From: an uncultured Planctomycetota bacterium
GTDB taxonomy: Bacteria; Planctomycetota; Planctomycetia; Gemmatales; Gemmataceae
NCBI GenBank assembly: GCA_963849325.1
Contig: CAWKHF010000005.1
Location: 672,001 to 736,000, forward strand
Reading direction: 5' to 3'
DNA: 64,000 nucleotides
Below are positions 46,665-56,019 of this stretch, in pieces; position 1 is the stretch's first letter; each line of letters starts with the position of its first letter. The position numbers and the translations under genes are program-made. Under the pieces are notes generated by a model. It made no database searches and was not told the DNA's origin. It worked only from the letters and a program-made list of their open reading frames with translations.

Positions 46665-47249
46665 ATGTCTGAAATCGAATCGCGACTACTCCAGTTGCTC
46701 AAAGACCGCTCGTTCACGCGGGGAAGGTTTCGCCTTGCCTCTGGCGGCGTGAGCGATTACTTCATTGACGGGAAGATGACCGAGGTTTACTCCGAAGCCG
46801 TTCCCCTGATCGGAGAAGCCCTGTACGAGCGTACCAAGGGACTGAACATTGAAGCCATCGGTGGCCTAGAGGTCGGTGCCGTGCCGCTGACCACGGCGGC
46901 CGTTTTCAGTTACGCCCTACATGGCAGAAAGATGGAAGGCTTTTGGGTTCGCGCCAAGCCAAAAGATCACGGAACTCAGAAACTCATCGAAGGGAACCTC
47001 AAGCCCGGATCGCGCGTCGTTGTCGTGGATGACGTGTTTACGAAGGGGAACTCTGCTGCTAAAGCGGTCGAGGAAGTGCGAAGGGTAGGCTGCGAAGTCG
47101 TAGCGGTTTTGGCTCTTGTGGATCGCCTCCAGGGGGCCGCAGACCTCTTCCGAGAACTCGGCGTAGTCAACTACCAACCCATCTTCACAATCCGCGATTT
47201 TGGGGTCGGAGCCGATGTTTGCGGCACAATTGAAGCCACTTCTCGCTAG
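46665..47249 (+). CDS. pyrE: Orotate phosphoribosyltransferase (transposon passenger)
   Basis: GRFRLASGGVSDYFID, GGLEVGAVP, VRAKPKDHGTQKLIEG, VVVDDVFTKGNS, LVDR. Confidence 0.85.
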   Translation: MSEIESRLLQLLKDRSFTRGRFRLASGGVSDYFIDGKMTEVYSEAVPLIGEALYERTKGLNIEAIGGLEVGAVPLTTAAVFSYALHGRKMEGFWVRAKPKDHGTQKLIEGNLKPGSRVVVVDDVFTKGNSAAKAVEEVRRVGCEVVAVLALVDRLQGAADLFRELGVVNYQPIFTIRDFGVGADVCGTIEATSR

Positions 47250-47547
47250 TGGCCCCTTGCTTGGCGATAGGCTGCGGGACGCTGCTGCCATCTGCGATTC
47301 GTGGTACTCGGCTGAGCCAAGCCTTGTCACTTTCACGCTCCAGTCGCTCCTCAAAGACTTGATCGACCGGGGTTGGACTGATCCGCAGGGCGTCCCCATC
47401 GCTCAGTATCAACCGTTTGAAACCTTGGTGCGTCCCAGTTTGATTCAGGTCGTGGATATTCTCGTCGCTACTCCGGCGGCCGAGCCGATCCCCGAACTTG
47501 ACGCTCTTCTCGTCGCCTACCGAGACTCTATTCGGGCAACCCCCTGA
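47215..47547 (+). CDS. Hypothetical protein (transposon passenger), overlapping pyrE 3' end
   Basis: GGAG RBS + ATG; 110 aa helical-looking ORF. Confidence 0.5.
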   Translation: MFAAQLKPLLASGPLLGDRLRDAAAICDSWYSAEPSLVTFTLQSLLKDLIDRGWTDPQGVPIAQYQPFETLVRPSLIQVVDILVATPAAEPIPELDALLVAYRDSIRATP

Positions 47548-47673
47548 CTCCTCTCCTGCCATCCTGGCACTTGCACAAAAACTCCTCCGCCTGCACAAAA
47601 ACTCGGTCAATCCGAGGTCTTTTTGTGCAAAGTCACATTATTAGACAAGCGAGAGAACGTGTGGAAATGCCTT

Positions 47674-47727
47674 GAGCCTGAAGCGTAAGCGAAGAAGGGT
47701 ATCCTTCTTCGCTTACGCTTCAGGCTC
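47674..47727. repeat. REP-like palindrome, family C
   Basis: GAGCCTGAAGCGTAAGCGAAGAAGG/CCTTCTTCGCTTACGCTTCAGGCTC perfect arms. Confidence 0.85.
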
Positions 47728-47756
47728 GGAAAGAGGCCGAACCTTGTACGAGCGCT

Positions 47757-49274
47757 TTACTCGCCGAGTTGAATCTTGCCGGCCTGGAGCTGGCCGCTGC
47801 GCAGGACGTAGAACTTGAGCGGCTGGAACGTGGCCAGGTCGGGATGCGCGAGAACGTAGTGAATGTGCTCGCCGCTGAGCATCTCGAACTTGTGCAGGCC
47901 GACGAGGATGTCGCCGCGCTGAACGCCGGCCCGCTCGGCGGGGCTGTCCGGCCGAACGTCGGTCACGGCCAGGCCGCCGCGGAACTGCGGATAACTGCGG
48001 TTGACGGCGTCGGCGCCGACGGGCCGCAGACGCAGACCCATCTTTTGCCACGCCGCATCGCCCGCCGCGTTGACTGCCTGCTCGATCGCCGCCGGCCGGC
48101 TGGACTCCAGCGAGACCTCGGCCGTCTTCTCCGCGCCGCTGTGGCGGTAACGCAGCGTCAGCCGTTCGCCGCCGGGCCGATCGAACACGGCGCGTTCCAG
48201 ATCGAGACTGCTGGCGATCGGCGTGTCGCCGGCGGCGAGCAGGATGTCGCCGCGTTCCAGGCCGGCGCGGGCCGCTGGACTGCCCTGTTCGAGGGCGTCC
48301 ACGACGACCGAGCGCAAGGTCGCCGTCTCGCCGGGACTGGCGCCCGCCGGGAGGCGCACTTCATCCTTGACGCCCAGACCCAGGCGGCTGTGAGCGCCGC
48401 CTTGCGGAGCGCGCGAGGCCATCAATCGGCCGGCGACGCGAATCATCGTGTCCACCGGGATGGCGAAGCCGATGCCCTGGGCGCCGGCGCGGATGGCGAC
48501 GTTGACGCCGATCAGTTCGCCGAAGACGTTCAGCAGCGGCCCACCCGAGTTGCCCGGATTGATGCTGGCGTCGGTCTGGATGAGGGCCTTGTACGACACT
48601 TCCTTGTTGAGACTGACGTCGCGGCTGGTGGCGCTGACGACGCCGACGGTGACGGTGTGCTCGTAGCCGTAGGCGTTGCCGATGGCGATGACCGTCTCGC
48701 CGACCATGAGATCGCGCGTGCTGCCCAGCGGGATGGTCGGCAGCGGGTGATCGACGTCGATCTTGAGCAGGGCCAGGTCGGACTCGGGATCGCGGGCCAG
48801 CACGCGGGCGCTGGTCGTGGTGCCGTCGGACAGGCGGACGCGGATGAGGGCGACGTCCTCGACGACGTGCTGGTTGGTGACGATGTAGCCGCGCGAGTCG
48901 ATGAGGATGCCGGTGCCCATGCCGTTGACACGGCTATGCGAGCTGGTGTTGGAAAACATTTCTTCGACGCCGGTGGCGCGGACCGTGCGCTCGCTGTGGA
49001 TGTTGACCACGGCCTCGCGGACGCGCCGCACCACCTCGACGACCGGCGTCTGTCGAGGGTTCCACGCCCGCGGACTGGTGCGCGGCGGCGGTTCGACATA
49101 GGGGTTGGTCGTGGACGTAGCGGGTGGAGTAGGCGGCGTCTCGGGGGCGGCCCACAGCCCTCCGCCGCCGACCACGAACGCCGTGCCGAGCAGCCAGCCG
49201 CGCAGGCGCTGCGCCGCCGTTCGTTTTCCATCCTTGTGTACGAACCGGGCCGTCAGGGAGGGGTGTATGCTCAT
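47757..49274 (-). CDS. HtrA/DegP-like trypsin serine protease with two PDZ domains
   Basis: TNQHVV, DLALLK, IQTDASINPGNSGGPL, two SPA.RAG...GDIL motifs. Confidence 0.92.
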   Translation of the reverse strand: MSIHPSLTARFVHKDGKRTAAQRLRGWLLGTAFVVGGGGLWAAPETPPTPPATSTTNPYVEPPPRTSPRAWNPRQTPVVEVVRRVREAVVNIHSERTVRATGVEEMFSNTSSHSRVNGMGTGILIDSRGYIVTNQHVVEDVALIRVRLSDGTTTSARVLARDPESDLALLKIDVDHPLPTIPLGSTRDLMVGETVIAIGNAYGYEHTVTVGVVSATSRDVSLNKEVSYKALIQTDASINPGNSGGPLLNVFGELIGVNVAIRAGAQGIGFAIPVDTMIRVAGRLMASRAPQGGAHSRLGLGVKDEVRLPAGASPGETATLRSVVVDALEQGSPAARAGLERGDILLAAGDTPIASSLDLERAVFDRPGGERLTLRYRHSGAEKTAEVSLESSRPAAIEQAVNAAGDAAWQKMGLRLRPVGADAVNRSYPQFRGGLAVTDVRPDSPAERAGVQRGDILVGLHKFEMLSGEHIHYVLAHPDLATFQPLKFYVLRSGQLQAGKIQLGE

Positions 49275-49603
49275 GTCGCCTCTCGATTCGCTCTCGGGGC
49301 TGTCCACACGGCAAGGGCGAAGCACCAGCACCGCGGCGCGACACGGGCAGGGCGATCTGCGCCACTACCCTGTGTCCGGTGCTCGATACTTTCGTAGTTG
49401 GTTTCGACCGAGGGCCGGACAACGCTCCAAGCCGACTCGCCAGGTTCACCATCTCCCCCCCGTGCGCGGAGCGATGACAAGGAGTGTGCGCTCCCTGCCG
49501 GCTGTGACGGTTGCGCCGGAAAAGATGGCCGGGCCGGTGTTGCCCCCTATGCGTGCGAGGGTAGAACAAAGGAGTGGAGAGTGAAAGGTGGAGGGTGAAG
49601 GCG

Positions 49604-49921
49604 ATGACAGGCAAGTCGCGCAAGCAACAGATCGAGGAAATGCTGGTGGAAGACCCCAACGACCCGTTCCTGCGTTACGGGCTGGCGATGGAGTACGTCA
49701 GCGCCGGGCAGGACGACGAGGCGGTGCGCTGTTTTCAGGAGTTGCTGCGCGTGGCGTCGGACTATGTGCCGGCCTACATGCAGGCGGGGCGGACCCTGGC
49801 CCGGCTTGGACGCGAGGAGGAGGCGCGCGAGCTGTTTCGCAGTGGCATCGCCGTGGCCCGGCAGAAGGGCGACGAGCATGCGGCCGGCGAGATGCAAGGT
49901 TTTCTGGAAGGGCTGGACTGA
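49604..49921 (+). CDS. Small TPR protein
   Basis: DPNDPFLRYGLAMEY...DYVPAYMQAG...GDEHAAGEM. Confidence 0.8.
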   Translation: MTGKSRKQQIEEMLVEDPNDPFLRYGLAMEYVSAGQDDEAVRCFQELLRVASDYVPAYMQAGRTLARLGREEEARELFRSGIAVARQKGDEHAAGEMQGFLEGLD

Positions 49922-50139
49922 GCCGGCGTATCCGGGGCCATGCGCCCACCGTCGCCTTCTCCCGTCTTGCTTTCCGTTTCCCAACGGTTATTCTGAGGGG
50001 TGAAACGCCATTCGCCTTTCGCGCGGTCTCGCGCACGCTGTCTCCGCCTCTTCGGCACTTATCCTCTCCGGGCCGGGCGAACGGTCGGCCGGCGTCCGGG
50101 GAGACACTTCGGAAGGTTCGCGTGAGGAGGGTCCGGACC

Positions 50140-50595
50140 ATGAAACTCGAGGAACTGCTGGTCAGCCGTCACATCGCGTTCCAACGGCTGCCGCACCGGC
50201 GCACGTACACGGCCAACCGCATGGCCCAGGCGCTGCACGTCAAGGGACGGGAGGTGGCCAAAACCGTACTCGTGCGCACCGGCCACGGCCACGTTCTGGC
50301 CGTGCTGCCGGCCACGCATCACGTCGATCTCGAACAGCTCGGCGAAGATCTCGGCGGAGAGCGCGTCGAGTTGGCCAACGAGGAGGAAATGGATCGCCTC
50401 TTCCCCGACTGCGAGCGCGGCGCTCTGCCGCCGTTCGGCAGCCTGTACCAGGTGCCGACCATCATGGACGAAAGCCTGAGCGAAGACCCGACCATCGTTT
50501 TCGAGGCGCAGGACCACGAGCAGGCCATCCGCATGTCGCGGGAAGATTACGAGGCCGTCGAGCACCCGCGCCGCGGCCGCTTCGCTCATCGCTGA
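50140..50595 (+). CDS. YbaK/EbsC family aminoacyl-tRNA deacylase-like protein
   Basis: VAKTVLV, LAVLPA, FPDCERGALPPFGSLY. Confidence 0.85.
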   Translation: MKLEELLVSRHIAFQRLPHRRTYTANRMAQALHVKGREVAKTVLVRTGHGHVLAVLPATHHVDLEQLGEDLGGERVELANEEEMDRLFPDCERGALPPFGSLYQVPTIMDESLSEDPTIVFEAQDHEQAIRMSREDYEAVEHPRRGRFAHR

Positions 50596-50687
50596 GGCGC
50601 AGAGGGAGGCAAACATTTCCGGGTGAGGGCCGCTCGCAGCACGGCGGTTTCCGCCGCCGGGCCGCCAGCGGCGCCGGAGAGGACGTC

Positions 50688-51404
50688 ATGATTCATCACC
50701 ATTCGGCGCGGGGGATGGCCGAAGCCATCGTCCACGCCAACAGCTATCGCGAGTCCCACCAGCAGGCGCGCGGCTCGTCCGACGCGCCGTCCTTGACCAT
50801 CGCCATCAGCCGACAGGTCGGCGCCGGCGGCACCGCGATCGCCACCGAGGTCGGCACGCGGCTGGGTTGGCCGGTCTACGACAACGAACTGGTCCAGCGC
50901 ATCGCCCAGGAGATGCACCTGCGCACGAAACTGCTGGAGAGCATCGACGAACGGCACACGAACTGGCTGACGGAGTGCGTCGAGTCGTTCGCCCAGGTGC
51001 CGCTGGTCAGCGAAAGCGCCTACGTGCGGCACCTGATCCAAACGATCCTGTCGCTAGGAGCGCTCGGCTCGTGCGTGATCGTCGGCCGCGGCTCGGCGCA
51101 CATCCTGCCGCCGGCGACGACCCTGCGCGTCCGCCTGGTGGCCGACCGCGAAGATCGCGTCACCGCCTTCGGCCGCGAAGTACACGTGTCGCGCGACGAG
51201 GCCAACCGCCGGCTCAACGTCATTGATCGCGAGCGCGACGCTTTCGTCAAGGACCATTTCCACAAGGATCCGCACGACCCGCGGCACTTCGACCTGGTGC
51301 TCAATTCCTCGTGCTTTTCCTACGCCCAGAGCGCGGATCTGATCGTTGAGGCGCTGCGTCACCTGGAAGCGCGCGTGCGGGCGGGCGGGCGCCCATCTTC
51401 CTGA
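50688..51404 (+). CDS. Cytidylate kinase-like family protein
   Basis: TIAISRQVGAGG, CVIVGRGS, FDLVLNS. Confidence 0.82.
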   Translation: MIHHHSARGMAEAIVHANSYRESHQQARGSSDAPSLTIAISRQVGAGGTAIATEVGTRLGWPVYDNELVQRIAQEMHLRTKLLESIDERHTNWLTECVESFAQVPLVSESAYVRHLIQTILSLGALGSCVIVGRGSAHILPPATTLRVRLVADREDRVTAFGREVHVSRDEANRRLNVIDRERDAFVKDHFHKDPHDPRHFDLVLNSSCFSYAQSADLIVEALRHLEARVRAGGRPSS

Positions 51405-51414
51405 CAGGAGCTTG

Positions 51415-52363
51415 TCAGCGCAAGGCGGCGGCCTGGCGATGGCGGGCGAAGAACGTGCCGATGGGAGCGCCCGGCAGCGGGCAAACCTCCACCTCGAATC
51501 CGGCGTCGGCGAGGCAGCGCGCCAGCTCGTGGCGCGAGAAGCGGTCCACTCCGGATACGCGGCTGGCCGGCGGGATGTCGTGCGGCTCGATCTCGTGGTA
51601 TTCGCCGTGGATGTGGTCGATAAGGGACAGCATCCGCGAGGTCAACAGAATGGGGAACTCCGACCCCTCGCAGTCGATCTTGACCAGCTTGATCCGTAGT
51701 CGGCCGTCCTCGCTGAGCCGGCGCACGATATCGTCGAAGGTGACGACGGACATCTCCTCCCCCGACGTGGACCACAGGACGCTGCCGCCGCCGGTGTTGA
51801 CGCCGTCGGCGCCGTAGCCGGCGTGAAACAGTCGATCGCCGATCCGATCCGAGCGGAACACGGCCTGATGATAAAGAGTTACACGACCGCCGAAGGGGCT
51901 GAGGTTCCGCACGGCGCATTCGTAGTTGCCGCGCTCCGCCTCGAAGCCGTGTACGCGGTGCGAGCCGCGCTGCACGGCGGCATAGCAAAAGGCGCCGATG
52001 TGCATGCCGATGTCCACGACAACGTCGTCGGTGTCGAGGTGGTCGGGCAGGCGGTACTCGTTGCCGTCGTGGACGTCGTGGAAGAATCTTCTCGTCCCAC
52101 GTCCCTTCGCGGACGTGGAAGGCCGGGGCCACGAACTGTTCCATGCGGCGCAGGATGGCGACCACGCGCTCCTCGAAGGCGCGTTGGCGTTCGATCTCGC
52201 GGGGCAGAGTCGGGCCGGCGAGCTTCCAGGCGAGCTTGCGGACGGCGGTGAGGAACGGGCCGACCAGCGGCCGAGGGCAGGGAGCGGGGCGGACGGGGCC
52301 GTCCCCGTGAGCCAGCTCGCGCAAAGACGCCAGGGCGCCGGCCAAGGGATCAATCGCTTTCAT
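51415..52363 (-). CDS. FkbM family methyltransferase (frameshift near 52090)
   Basis: VVDIGMHIGAF, GFEA, LVKIDCEGSEFPIL, GEYH. Confidence 0.82.
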
Positions 52364-52453
52364 GCCCTTCACGGCCTATCCTCCCGAGGTTCGCTCTCAC
52401 CTGTCCCCGTGCGGGGCACAGATAGCGATTGCCCGATGACGTTGCAAGACCGA

Positions 52454-52543
52454 AGGCGAACGGCCGGCGTAAGCCGGCTGGTACGGGCCAAACTCGCTGG
52501 CGGGTTTGGCCCGTACCAGCCGGCTTACGCCGGCCGTTCGCCT
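52454..52543. repeat. REPIN-like palindrome (GAACGGCCGGCGTAAGCCGG)
   Basis: 40-bp perfect arms. Confidence 0.85.
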
Positions 52544-52671
52544 ATCTGGTTAAACTATTCCGCAGTCCGAACGAATTAGGGGATGAGGGCCTTCGAGAAT
52601 CTTCTCGCATCGGGATCGCCCGCCGGTAAGCTATCCCCTCGCCAGGATGCGGCAGCGGAATTGAGGTACGC

Positions 52672-53831
52672 ATGTCCAGCCAGCAGATGGTGACGGCAGT
52701 GACGATCGGCGGCGCGCTTGTCTTCGGCATGAGCGTGGCGCTGTTCGGCAATCTTAAGTTGGCCCTGACGCGGCGGCTACAGCGGGACGATGGCCAGGTC
52801 CGCCGATGGCTCATCGCCTTGACGGTGGCGCTGGCTCCGCTGGTGCTGCTGTGCGGAATCCTCGTGGACATTTACGGACCTCGTCCGGTGCTCATCGCCG
52901 GCTCGGTCGCCCTGGCCGTGGGACTGGTCAGCCTGAGCCTGCGGCCGAGGTATCCCCACGCTTTTCTCTCGGTGTTGCTGGCCGGCTTCGGGGCCGTGGC
53001 TCTGAGCGCGTCCGTCACCGTGTTGATGCCGCGCGCCTTCTTCGCGCCGCCGGAGACGTCCGCCTCGATCAACCTCGGCTACGTCTTCGTCGCCCTGGGC
53101 GCCCTGCTGACGCCGGTGCTGGCCGACATCCTGTTCGGCGTCCTGGAGCTGCGCCGCGCCCTGGCCGTGTTCGCCCTGCTGGCGCTGGTCCCCGCCTTTC
53201 TCGCCGTCTTCCCAGACTCTGCATCGTGGCAGATCGCCGATCATCCGGGCGACCCGACGGCGCTGCTGTTCACGCCGGCGGGCTGGCTGGCGGCGCTGGT
53301 CTGCTTCTTTTACGCGCCGCTGGAGGCGTCGATCAGCTTGTGGACGTTCGCGCTTCTCCGTGAGCGCGGGCAGGATCGAGCGCGAAGCGGGCGGCCTGTT
53401 GACCGGCTTCTGGGCCGCCTTCGTGGCCTCGCGTCTGCTGGTGGCACTGGCCCAACATGCGGGATTTCTGTCGGAGTGGTGGGACCGCTCGCTGATCGTG
53501 GTGCCGCCGCTGTTGGCGGCGGTGCTGATCGGCAACCTGGCGGGAGCAAGCCATTCCGGCCGGCCTCGCGCCGGCCTGGTCCTGCTGGGCCTGATGCTCG
53601 GCCCCGTCTGGCCGACGCTTCTGGGCCTCGTCTTCCGCCACGTCGCGCCCGCCGAGCAGGGATTGACTTACGGACTCGTGTTCGCCGCTGGCGCGCTGGG
53701 CAGTCTGTTGCTGTCGCCACTGGTCGGCATGCGCAGCGCAGACACCATTGCAGACGGCCTTGCGTTTGCCAATCTTCCTCGCGCTGCTCTTGACGGCGGT
53801 GTCCCTGGTGCTGGGACTGATGACGCCTTAA
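52672..53831 (+). CDS. MFS transporter (frameshifts near 53365 and 53745)
   Basis: About 12 TM segments, G.LVD.YG.R motif A-like. Confidence 0.75.
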
Positions 53832-53840
53832 TAACACTCC

Positions 53841-53894
53841 TCCGAGCCTGAAGCGTAAGCGAAGGAAGCTCTTCGCTTACGCTTCAGGCTCGGA
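53841..53894. repeat. REP-like palindrome, family C
   Basis: 24-bp perfect arms between convergent genes. Confidence 0.85.
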
Positions 53895-53901
53895 CAAAAA
53901 C

Positions 53902-54420
53902 TTACTTCGGCTTGGCGATTTGCCGGTATTCGGCGAGCATCTCGGGCGTGGCGGGGTAGATGCGGGGCGGCCCGATACTGGCACCGTGCAAGGGAGGATA
54001 GCCGGGTGAGGGCGGCGTCGGCGCAACCTCAAAGTTTCGCGCACCATCTTTGGGGATGATTTGCAGCGGCAGGATGTACTTGCCGGGCCCGGTGTAGTCC
54101 GGCGGCGGTTCCTTGCCTTTTTCCATGGGGTCGGGCAAGGGCTGGCACTTGTCGAGGTTGCCGACCTGAATTTTGTCGCCGGCCTTCACGGGCGGATTGT
54201 CACCGGGATAGAGCACCTCGTCCACGACGACCTCGCCGCCCTTGTCGTCCTCCACCTGGGCGACGATGTCGAGCATGGACACGAGGAACTGCGGCCGCGA
54301 CAGGGTGAGCGGCCGGCCATCCGGCGTGTGCGGCCGGCACAGGACCAGGTAGCCGAGATAACCCAGCCAGGCGACGAATAACCCAGCCGTCAGAACCAGG
54401 CGCCCCACGGCGGGCCTCAT
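53902..54420 (-). CDS. Hypothetical membrane-anchored protein
   Basis: N-terminal TM; ATGA-coupled to the upstream gene. Confidence 0.65.
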   Translation of the reverse strand: MRPAVGRLVLTAGLFVAWLGYLGYLVLCRPHTPDGRPLTLSRPQFLVSMLDIVAQVEDDKGGEVVVDEVLYPGDNPPVKAGDKIQVGNLDKCQPLPDPMEKGKEPPPDYTGPGKYILPLQIIPKDGARNFEVAPTPPSPGYPPLHGASIGPPRIYPATPEMLAEYRQIAKPK

Positions 54421-54836
54421 GACCCTTCCTCCACTTCTTCCTTGAAGTCGATGTGGTAATCGCGCACGAGCACCTGATCGAGGTCATAAACGTCGCGGAA
54501 ATCGTCGCGGTTGTCCTCGGCGGTCTTGCTCATGAGGTTGGCGGCGACGAGGTTGAAGACGATCTCGCCGAAGTCGGCGGTCGAGTCGATGCCCCACATG
54601 TGCAAGACGGTGCGGGCCATCAGCCCGTATTCGCGCAGGGCCAGGTCGCGGATGCCGTCGAGCAGTTGTCGGCCGCTGACGTGATAGTCCGGTTCGCCGC
54701 TGCCTTCCTGCGGCGGCACGCGGCCGAGCAGACGCTGCGTGTGGGCCAGGGCGGCGAAGACAAACTCATACGCTTCGTAGGTGTAGCGCGGGTCGCGCCG
54801 GACCACCTCATCGAGTTTCGGATGGTGCATCGTCAT
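54417..54836 (-). CDS. Planctomycete/Verrucomicrobia conserved protein (TIGR04138/Minf_1886-like)
   Basis: DPRY..EAYEFV, HVSGRQL, WGI.ST.DFGEIVFNLV. Confidence 0.8.
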   Translation of the reverse strand: MTMHHPKLDEVVRRDPRYTYEAYEFVFAALAHTQRLLGRVPPQEGSGEPDYHVSGRQLLDGIRDLALREYGLMARTVLHMWGIDSTADFGEIVFNLVAANLMSKTAEDNRDDFRDVYDLDQVLVRDYHIDFKEEVEEGS

Positions 54837-54841
54837 GTCTC

Positions 54842-54933
54842 AAGGGACTAGGGAATAGGGAATAGGGAATAGGGAATAGGGAGTAGAGAGGCAGCTTCTT
54901 CTCTAGTCCCTATTCCCTATTCCCTAGTCCCTT
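54842..54933. repeat. Inverted repeat of tandem heptamers (TAGGGAA)
   Basis: GGGACTAGGGAATAGGGAATAGGG.../CCCTATTCCCTATTCCCTAGTCCC. Confidence 0.85.
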
Positions 54934-54938
54934 CTTCA

Positions 54939-55748
54939 TCATTTTCCCAGTCTCGTCAGGACTTCGCCGACGGCCACGGGAAGACGTCGGCCGTCCTCGA
55001 ATTCGACCAGCAGGCGGCGTGCGAGCACCTCCTGGGCCAGCACGCGACCCTGGCCCTTCTGGGTCAGGACACGGCTGCCGACCGGCGGCAGCGACGCCTG
55101 GAACTCCTCGTACACGTCCTGCTCGAAGCGCAGGCAGCACTTGAGTCGGCCGCAACGGCCGGAGATCTTCGACGGATCGAGGGTCGATTTTTGCAGCTTG
55201 GCCATGCGCATCGATACCGGCGGCATCGCGACCATGTGCGTGTTGCAGCAGACCGGCTTGCCGCAGTCGCCATAGTCGGCCAGCAACTTAGCCTCGTCGC
55301 GCACGCCGATCTGCCGCATCTCGATGCGCGTCTGATACTCGCGGGCCAGATCCTTGACCAGCTCGCGGAAATCGACGCGCTTCTCGGCCAGGAAGTAGAA
55401 GATGATGCGCTCGCCGCCGAAAAGGTGCTCGACGTCCACCAACTCCATCTGCAAGCGCCGCTGCTGCACGAAACGACCGCACGTCTCCAGCTCGTGCTGC
55501 TCCAGCTCGCACAGCCGGTCGCGCTCGGCCCGGTCGCGCTCGCCGAGGACGCGGACGATTCGGCCGTGCGTCGGCTCGGCGATCAGCTCGACGGCCCGGG
55601 GCGTGGCGAGGCAAAGCACCTGACCCAGCTCCAGGCCGCGCTCGGTGCGGACGACGACGTCCTGGCCGCGCGCATAGGTCCCGGCTTCGGGATCGAACTC
55701 GCCGAGGAAGCGCATGGCGCCGTGCCGCACGATCCAGGAGGACGCCAT
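54939..55748 (-). CDS. PSP1/RicT (YaaT) family protein
   Basis: RVDFRELVKDL, RIEMRQIGVRDEAK, CGKPVCC, KISGRCGRLKCCLRFE. Confidence 0.88.
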   Translation of the reverse strand: MASSWIVRHGAMRFLGEFDPEAGTYARGQDVVVRTERGLELGQVLCLATPRAVELIAEPTHGRIVRVLGERDRAERDRLCELEQHELETCGRFVQQRRLQMELVDVEHLFGGERIIFYFLAEKRVDFRELVKDLAREYQTRIEMRQIGVRDEAKLLADYGDCGKPVCCNTHMVAMPPVSMRMAKLQKSTLDPSKISGRCGRLKCCLRFEQDVYEEFQASLPPVGSRVLTQKGQGRVLAQEVLARRLLVEFEDGRRLPVAVGEVLTRLGK

Positions 55749-56019
55749 GATACACCTCGGTCACCGGTTCGGGACGCACCTGCCACGCGCCCCATTCTAA
55801 AGGACGCGGGCGGGAAGGAAAGAGCATTCAGGACAAGATCCGCGCCGCGGGCCGATGGCCGCGCCGGATTCTTTTCGTTTGGAGAAAAGAAAAAAGGGAT
55901 AAACTATCGTCACCCCTTGCTCTACTACAAGGGAAGACCCTTCGAGAAGAGATCGACCGTCCCGACCCGCGGAGGATCTGGTCCCTGGATCGAGCGGCCA
56001 TCGCCAAGGAGATCCACCC

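Larger units (their letters stand above)
44346..47634 (+). mobile_element. Passenger-carrying DDE transposon (IS5-family, IS903-like), 3289 bp
   Basis: Perfect 15-bp TIR GACTTTGCACAAAAA (44346-60/47620-34); 9-bp TSD ACATTATTA (44337-45/47635-43). Confidence 0.9.

Noticed and set aside
50140-50595. Functional link between the YbaK-like deacylase and the odd tRNA
   Set aside because: It lies outside the transposon among backbone genes; proximity alone is not evidence.
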